64,000 nt of DNA, taken from the NCBI GenBank assembly GCA_038824035.1, contig JAWBBW010000005.1, positions 1 through 64,000 of the forward strand, given 5' to 3'. This DNA comes from Desulfurococcaceae archaeon. Lineage in GTDB: Archaea > Thermoproteota > Thermoprotei_A > Sulfolobales > Desulfurococcaceae. The translations under genes were made by a program, and so were the position numbers. Of the stretch, positions 58,649 through 64,000 are shown in pieces. Below the pieces are notes generated by a model that saw nothing but the letters and a program-made list of their open reading frames with translations, was not told where the DNA came from and did no database searches. Each line of letters starts with the position of its first letter. The first letter of the stretch is position 1.

Positions 58649-58960
58649 ATGTATCCATTGAATCTTCTGAGACAGGTGTCTTTAATGGTGTATCTGGTCG
58701 AAATCAATGGATATAAATATTATGCCTGTGAGATCTGTGGATCACTTTACGAGGATATGGATATTGCCAGGAAATGCGAAGACCTCTGTAAAAAAAGCCC
58801 TGAATTACGCGATCCCGAGTTGGCAAAGCAATCCATTGGATATATCAGTTTAAAAGAAGATCAGCAAAAGGTCTTTTTCAAGGTAATTCCAGGGAAAGGT
58901 TGTCGGCGAAGATGGTTTAAACTATGTAAAGCAGGAGTCAACATATATAGGGCATGTTAG
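58649..58960 (+). CDS. Small Cys-rich (Zn-binding) hypothetical protein
   Basis: YACEICG..Y.D...A.KCE..C; start probably ~58685. Confidence 0.7.
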   Translation: MYPLNLLRQVSLMVYLVEINGYKYYACEICGSLYEDMDIARKCEDLCKKSPELRDPELAKQSIGYISLKEDQQKVFFKVIPGKGCRRRWFKLCKAGVNIYRAC

Positions 58961-58989
58961 TAAATGCCATTGCTTACCATGATACTTGG

Positions 58990-59154
58990 CATATGATTCA
59001 GCTAAGACGAAGCCCTGTGAATTGCTCTTCATCAATGGCCTCGGGGAACGCGTCAATCCCATGGCACTGTAGGCTGGGAAGCGAGGATAGAGAGGTGGGG
59101 TGAACCCATGTCCAAAAACCATAAACAACCTAGCTAATGGGCATGGGCGATCAC
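58990..59154. other. GC-enriched structured intergenic element (ncRNA or mobile-element remnant)
   Basis: Hairpin CCCATGTCCA (59105)/TGGGCATGGG (59138); minus-strand TTGATGA...CTGA (59035-58998). Confidence 0.35.
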
Positions 59155-59588
59155 TAACCTGCTACGCCGTTAATACTGCACAGAATGTTTATTAATTCGT
59201 CGTACTTTCCATCTTGGAATAATTTTAACGCATTACTAATGAGGTGTATATCGCCTTTTAAGGCAAATTTCAGGATCATGTAGAGAAGGTATTTCACTGA
59301 CTCGCTATTACCACCATATAGTTCGTTTAAATCATTTATACATAACCTCGGATTCTCTATTAATATGTCCACAAAGGATTTACCATATCTAAGGTGAAAA
59401 TAGAGGTCAATTCTATTAGTTAGCCCAGGTGAGATCCTATCCAACATGTTGAAAGCTACTTTAAGTTTATTGAAAATCCTTTTTAAACTACAAAGGCTGT
59501 TTTCACCATTCATGAAAATCCTCCGGAATATATATATCATAACAACAAGTAAATAATCTTTTCTATAAACAATCACATCATTATACAC
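59154..59588 (-). CDS. Hypothetical protein
   Basis: 144-aa AT-rich ORF; true start probably internal (MNGENS). Confidence 0.6.
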   Translation of the reverse strand: MYNDVIVYRKDYLLVVMIYIFRRIFMNGENSLCSLKRIFNKLKVAFNMLDRISPGLTNRIDLYFHLRYGKSFVDILIENPRLCINDLNELYGGNSESVKYLLYMILKFALKGDIHLISNALKLFQDGKYDELINILCSINGVAG

Positions 59589-59742
59589 CGATGTAATGAG
59601 ATGACAAGGTAATACCGATCAATAAATGAGAAATATCACAGTTATGTGAAACCATATGCTGTGCCGTCTCATATAATGTCTATGACTTGATCAAATGATA
59701 TGATCGCGTGATTATTGGATCAAGACATGCGAAAAACCATTA

Positions 59743-60018
59743 CTAAGAGATATTACTTCCTTGTTCTAATTTCTTTAACTCCTCTTCGATCTCCTTTTCG
59801 ATCTCCTCAATGGGTTTTGGTGGTGGTGTTGTTGCCAATGTATATCCTATCCACCCTAATATGCCTGATACACCTATCACCATGATCACCAGTGTTATGC
59901 GTGTCAATATCTCCCAGAGATCTGTGAAAAACATGATGTAACTATAAGCTATAATGACTGCTAAGGAGAATATGAGCATGCCCCAGCCGATTAATTTATC
60001 TCTTTCCAAGGCATACAC
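59743..60018 (-). CDS. Small 2-TM membrane protein with C-terminal charged helix
   Basis: WIGYTLATTPPPKPIEEIEKEIEEELKK, a conserved archaeal family pattern. Confidence 0.8.
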   Translation of the reverse strand: MYALERDKLIGWGMLIFSLAVIIAYSYIMFFTDLWEILTRITLVIMVIGVSGILGWIGYTLATTPPPKPIEEIEKEIEEELKKLEQGSNIS

Positions 60019-60070
60019 CCATTGTTATTTAATCCATTAATTATAATTATCGTGTTCTCGAAATTAATAA

Positions 60071-60098
60071 ACTAATATATTTTGACTAATATATTTTT
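60071..60098. promoter_or_regulatory. Tandem 14-bp direct repeat in a divergent promoter
   Basis: ACTAATATATTTTG ACTAATATATTTTT. Confidence 0.5.
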
Positions 60099-60132
60099 GA
60101 ACATATCTTGATAAAACCGCAAGGGGTTATAC

Positions 60133-61350
60133 ATGGCTGATATCTTAGATGAGATATTTGAAAAAGCTATTAAGGCCCGAGAGGTTTTGAAGGACGTTGT
60201 CCATAAAACACCAATTATTTATAACGCCAGTTTCTCGCGCATGTCCGGTAATAACGTGTTCCTCAAGCTTGAGAACATGCAGAAAACAGGTGCTTTCAAG
60301 GTAAGAGGGGCATATTTCAAGATCTACAATGTCATGGAAAAATCCCGTGAGAAAGGTGTAATAACAGCGTCTAGTGGGAATCATGCACAAGGCGTTGCCT
60401 ACGCTGCAAACGTACTCGGCATTAGAGCGACAATAGTTATGCCGGAGACAACTCCCCCATTCAAAGTAGAGGCGACAAAGAACTATGGTGCTACTGTGAT
60501 TTTGCATGGAACTATTTATGATGATGCATATAAAGAGGCCCTGAGAATAGCTGAAGAGACCGAGGCTATATTTATTCATCCATTTGATGACCACGACGTG
60601 ATAGCTGGACAGGGCACTATTGGATTTGAGATAGCGGAGTTCATGAATAATATTGATGCAGTCTTGATTCCGATAGGTGGTGGTGGATTGATATCTGGTG
60701 TTGGTGTGGTGCTTAAGAAATTAAATCCGTCTATAAAGGTTATTGGCGTGGAACCAGCTGTGGCGCCTAAATACTATAGTTCAAGAAGGCGTGGATCCCC
60801 TGTTTTAATCGAATCTAGGCCTAGTATAGCTGATGCCTTAGTGACCAAGGCCGTTGGCAAGATCACATATGAGATCATGGAGCGAGTGGTCGATGACGTG
60901 GTAACCGTGAACGAGGAATCAATTGCGAGAGCTATATATCTGTTAATGGAAAGAGCCAAGATCGTGGCGGAAGGTGCAGGGGCATCTCCATTGGCCGCTC
61001 TCCTCGAAGGACATTTCAAGGAGAAGAAATGGAACGTGGTTTTACTAGTAAGTGGGGGCAATATAGACTTGACAATGCTCTACAGAATAGTGACCAAGGG
61101 CCTCAGCGCCGATGGCAGGATCCCCAAGTTATCACTAATACTGAGAGATGTCCCCGGTGAATTATATAGAGTGCTCGGTGTCCTATATAAATATAGGTGT
61201 AATATAATAGAGATCCTGCACGATAGAATAGGTATGGAGATACCCACTTCTCACGCCAAGGTAGATCTAATATTTGAAGTGCCAGAGCCCGGTATTATAC
61301 ACATGATTAAGAGCGAGATAATAGCTCTGGGGGCTCAAATGATCTCGTAG
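60133..61350 (+). CDS. ilvA: Threonine/serine ammonia-lyase with C-terminal ACT domain
   Basis: KLENMQKTGAFKVRGA (PLP Lys), SSGNHAQG, PIGGGGL, SGGNID, D.PG.L ACT domain. Confidence 0.93.
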   Translation: MADILDEIFEKAIKAREVLKDVVHKTPIIYNASFSRMSGNNVFLKLENMQKTGAFKVRGAYFKIYNVMEKSREKGVITASSGNHAQGVAYAANVLGIRATIVMPETTPPFKVEATKNYGATVILHGTIYDDAYKEALRIAEETEAIFIHPFDDHDVIAGQGTIGFEIAEFMNNIDAVLIPIGGGGLISGVGVVLKKLNPSIKVIGVEPAVAPKYYSSRRRGSPVLIESRPSIADALVTKAVGKITYEIMERVVDDVVTVNEESIARAIYLLMERAKIVAEGAGASPLAALLEGHFKEKKWNVVLLVSGGNIDLTMLYRIVTKGLSADGRIPKLSLILRDVPGELYRVLGVLYKYRCNIIEILHDRIGMEIPTSHAKVDLIFEVPEPGIIHMIKSEIIALGAQMIS

Positions 61351-61374
61351 GGAAAGCTATCTTTACGCGTTAAC

Positions 61375-61575
61375 TCAACCTAATTCGGATATTATCTCTG
61401 CATTAACGATCTTGGCTTTCCCACCAGTAGGTATAACCATGGATATACCACAAACCTTGCATCTGGCCGGGAACGTTGCATGACTGAATACAACGTTCTC
61501 CGCGCCACAATTCTTGCAAATAACCCTGTAAAACCTACTCTTTGGCATTGGTATCAATATTTTTCGTTTTTTCAT
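61375..61575 (-). CDS. rps27e: 30S ribosomal protein S27e
   Basis: P.SRF..V.C..C.....VFSHA....C..CG....PTGGKA. Confidence 0.96.
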   Translation of the reverse strand: MKKRKILIPMPKSRFYRVICKNCGAENVVFSHATFPARCKVCGISMVIPTGGKAKIVNAEIISELG

Positions 61576-61868
61576 TACTTACTCACCTCGACTAATTCGG
61601 CTTTCTTAAGCCTAATTCCCTTTCTATGTAGTGTATACCCGCATTTAGAGCACCTCAGTTTTAATACAATCTTCTTAGTCACTTTTGCAAATCTCTTTTG
61701 TTCAGGTTTTCTCTTAGAGCCATATCCTTTCTTTTTCCTCTCATATCTTCTTTCACCCTCTGCAAGGGACCTTCTCTTGCCGTGTTTGTAGATCGCCACT
61801 GAGTGATCGGTATGTGCCTTACACTTTGGGCAATATGTCACTATGACTTTGGGATATCTAGCCACCAT
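61575..61868 (-). CDS. rpl44e: 50S ribosomal protein L44e
   Basis: TYCPKC..HT.H, GYG, AKVTKK..L...C..CG. Confidence 0.96.
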   Translation of the reverse strand: MVARYPKVIVTYCPKCKAHTDHSVAIYKHGKRRSLAEGERRYERKKKGYGSKRKPEQKRFAKVTKKIVLKLRCSKCGYTLHRKGIRLKKAELVEVSK

Positions 61869-61929
61869 TGATCACCAATAATAATTTCGTCAAAACATGT
61901 TTTACCATAAACAGGATTTAAAAACGTTT

Positions 61930-62457
61930 TTACCAGCGAGTTGTCTTTAACCCCAGGACATATGCAATGTTGTTTGTAATCACATGAAGTATTAAGATCA
62001 CCGTTATTGTTGTAACTATGTACAAAGGGTTATAGATAACCGGATCTAGCGATATAACTATGTAGAATAGTGTTGTAAATAGCGCGAAATCCAGCTGATC
62101 CAATATCGGTAATGGCTTGCCAGGCTCTATTCCGAGTCTTCGCTTAATGAAGGCGCCGATCAAGTCCCCAATTAACGCTGATAACCCAGCTCCAATTGAT
62201 AGCATAGACACGAGTAAATCCTTGGTTAATACGCCAACACTAGCTCCAGTTACATAAGCCATTATAATGCCTATGGCAAAGCCCTCTGCTGTCTTATTTG
62301 ATCCAAATATGGGTTTGCCATCGATAAACCTATTTCCCCTATCTATCAATACAACCCCCTTGATCAAGACCGGCGCCGCATTGGCGATCATGGCGGGTAA
62401 ATAATACTTTATAAGCCAAATCACATAATCATATATGTTTATCAATCCACTCAACAC
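61930..62457 (-). CDS. carS: CDP-archaeol synthase
   Basis: PAMIAN..PV, DG..IFG..KT.EG, GDL.GAFIKRR, P.LDQLDF. Confidence 0.92.
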   Translation of the reverse strand: MLSGLINIYDYVIWLIKYYLPAMIANAAPVLIKGVVLIDRGNRFIDGKPIFGSNKTAEGFAIGIIMAYVTGASVGVLTKDLLVSMLSIGAGLSALIGDLIGAFIKRRLGIEPGKPLPILDQLDFALFTTLFYIVISLDPVIYNPLYIVTTITVILILHVITNNIAYVLGLKTTRW

Positions 62458-63070
62458 CTTTATCTGTTATTTTAAAGTACATTTTCTTCTCTATATCAAT
62501 TTTCTCATTAGGTTTCATTATTTTAGCATATCTCTCATATCCATCTATGCCGAGGTTCACTACGAGATCAAAGTAATATTCAAGCATGCCATGACCAACA
62601 GCCTCTATATACCCCTCTTCACCTGTTCTTACCTGCGCTGATGCAAATAATTTGCCATTGGTTTCTTCAACGGTCTTTATCATGATGCTTATAAGTAGTG
62701 CTTGTTTAACTATGCTTGACTCATCCATTGCACGCATTCTATAAGGCGCATTTATACTGTCAACGAAAATATACTTGATTCCGACCATGTTTAGAAATAT
62801 AGCCGTATTAATAAGTTCGTCTAGATCATAGATCTCGCTGAAAAGAGTGTTTCCATATGCATCGTGTTCACGAGCTATTCTCTCGTAGTGAAGGGTGCCT
62901 TCGGTGCTTATATAGACACATATATCCTGTTTACACAGGTTTTTAGCTATAGTTAATAACATAGTTGTCTTGCCCGAGCCAGCTACACCATAAAACAATA
63001 TAGAGCGATGTCTTTCTATTAACTCATCTAATTCCTGTCTACCCGTGTATGCAAAGATATAAATCACCAC
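62429..63070 (-). CDS. RecA-superfamily ATPase (RadB/aRadC-like)
   Basis: YGVAGSGKT, YISTEG, IFVDSIN, QV, F.IT..GV. Confidence 0.8.
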   Translation of the reverse strand: MVIYIFAYTGRQELDELIERHRSILFYGVAGSGKTTMLLTIAKNLCKQDICVYISTEGTLHYERIAREHDAYGNTLFSEIYDLDELINTAIFLNMVGIKYIFVDSINAPYRMRAMDESSIVKQALLISIMIKTVEETNGKLFASAQVRTGEEGYIEAVGHGMLEYYFDLVVNLGIDGYERYAKIMKPNEKIDIEKKMYFKITDKGVEWIDKHI

Positions 63071-63143
63071 TTCACTAAATTAATTGTGTAATTTACTGGG
63101 ATAATTAAAGTGAAATACCGTTGATAACCGGTGATCGCTGAAT

Positions 63144-63791
63144 TTGCAGAGAAGGCCATTGGTAATAGCCGTATATGAACCACTGTGGTTTATCAATGTC
63201 ATGAGGGTTTTGAGAGAACGTGATATTATATTCCATCACTATTATAGTAGCGATGAGGTTCCCTATGGTAGTGTTGTATATACTGATCACGAGTATTTCT
63301 TAAAGGAATTATCAAATAGAAACGACCTATTGATAATATACGATCCATCTAGGGATTGTAGAAAACTGGAAGAAGCCGTACTTCTCTGCAAATCGCTTTC
63401 CAATTTCTACAGCGAAGTTGTGATCGGGGTTGATCCAGGCAAAGTGATAAGCTATGCCATAGTGGGTGACGGGCTTTTCATCACATATGGCGAGGGCAGT
63501 ATAGATGATTTGAACAACGCCATTGAATATGTAAAGAGATGTCTACCTTTCAAGGACCTCCTAATACGGGTTGGTAGTGGCCGGAATGGCTTGGAACTAG
63601 CCCTAGCTCTGAAGAGACTATTTAATACAAGGGTAGAATTGGTGAGCGAGGAGGAGACAACACCACGTTGGAGTATCAAAGAAGAAATAAATCTACTATC
63701 AAGGAGACTCAGGGGGCTTAAACCATATAGGTTCAAGAACATTTACGCTGCATATAGGATCGCGATGAAAAACGGTGTTGAGGTGGTCTGA
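63144..63791 (+). CDS. RNase H-fold (YqgF-like) domain protein
   Basis: IGVDPG...SYA, RVG.G, V.EE.TT, AA..IA. Confidence 0.65.
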   Translation: MQRRPLVIAVYEPLWFINVMRVLRERDIIFHHYYSSDEVPYGSVVYTDHEYFLKELSNRNDLLIIYDPSRDCRKLEEAVLLCKSLSNFYSEVVIGVDPGKVISYAIVGDGLFITYGEGSIDDLNNAIEYVKRCLPFKDLLIRVGSGRNGLELALALKRLFNTRVELVSEEETTPRWSIKEEINLLSRRLRGLKPYRFKNIYAAYRIAMKNGVEVV

Positions 63792-64000
63792 TGCCCGTAG
63801 TTAAGCTTTTGAAAACAGAGGCCATTAGGGCTTTCGGCCCTATGGCAATAGAAGTGGCCAAGGGTATCATAGAGGTATTGGGTAAGAGGTTTCACTCTGG
63901 TGAAAAACTAGTGGTCCATAAGACTAGAAACTACATTATAGAGGCAGTAGAGGATAGTGAATTATATATAAGCATGGCTGATGAATCTCTGATACAACCC
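63791..64000 (+). CDS. Probable Clp1-like polynucleotide 5'-kinase, N-terminus (partial)
   Basis: MPVVKLLKTEAIRAFGPMAIEVAKGIIEVLGKRFHSGEKLVVHKTRNYII resembles the N-terminal beta domain of archaeal Clp1; the P-loop would lie outside the window. Confidence 0.5.
   Translation, partial: MPVVKLLKTEAIRAFGPMAIEVAKGIIEVLGKRFHSGEKLVVHKTRNYIIEAVEDSELYISMADESLIQP

Noticed and set aside
58922-59128. 68-aa minus-strand ORF
   Set aside because: No RBS or motif, and it overlaps a structured GC-rich element; more likely non-coding
920-63742. Many antisense or nested ORFs in the track (e.g. 9130-9645, 16320-16820, 16933-17526, 26954-27499, 33883-34485, 54678-55109)
   Set aside because: They are shadows of well-supported genes on the opposite strand, with Ser/Ile/Leu-rich composition and no motifs
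1-64000. CRISPR array, cas genes, integrase, transposase, rRNA
   Set aside because: No regularly spaced repeats, no recognisable motifs and no long GC-rich RNA-like block were seen by eye

Overview
AT-rich, gene-dense chromosomal segment of a hyperthermophilic archaeon, most likely Thermoproteota/Desulfurococcales. The assignment is inferred from reverse gyrase, aIF5A, rpL44e/rpS27e, PriL, CarS, a geranylgeranyl reductase, an intron-containing tRNA and GGTGA-type ribosome-binding sites. Most of the window is housekeeping: nucleotide/NAD salvage, tRNA/rRNA modification, lipid synthesis, TldD/PmbA and Hsp20. I saw no CRISPR array, rRNA, integrase or intact transposase. The main accessory feature is a ~10.4 kb type IV pilus-like operon (40159-50551, minus strand): assembly ATPase, TadC-like platform and six pilin/adhesin-like genes including a large DUF2341 protein, with no peptidase or archaellum genes. 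Other points of interest are a membrane-anchored sensor-wHTH regulator, a wHTH + SAMHD1-like HD hydrolase operon with three unknown genes, and a pncB-nucleotidyltransferase-degenerate phosphoesterase operon. There is also a membrane-anchored nitroreductase paired with a His-bearing membrane protein, a catalytically degenerate nitrilase coupled to reverse gyrase, and several unannotated C/D-box sRNA candidates. All calls come from motif recognition by eye; no searches were run.
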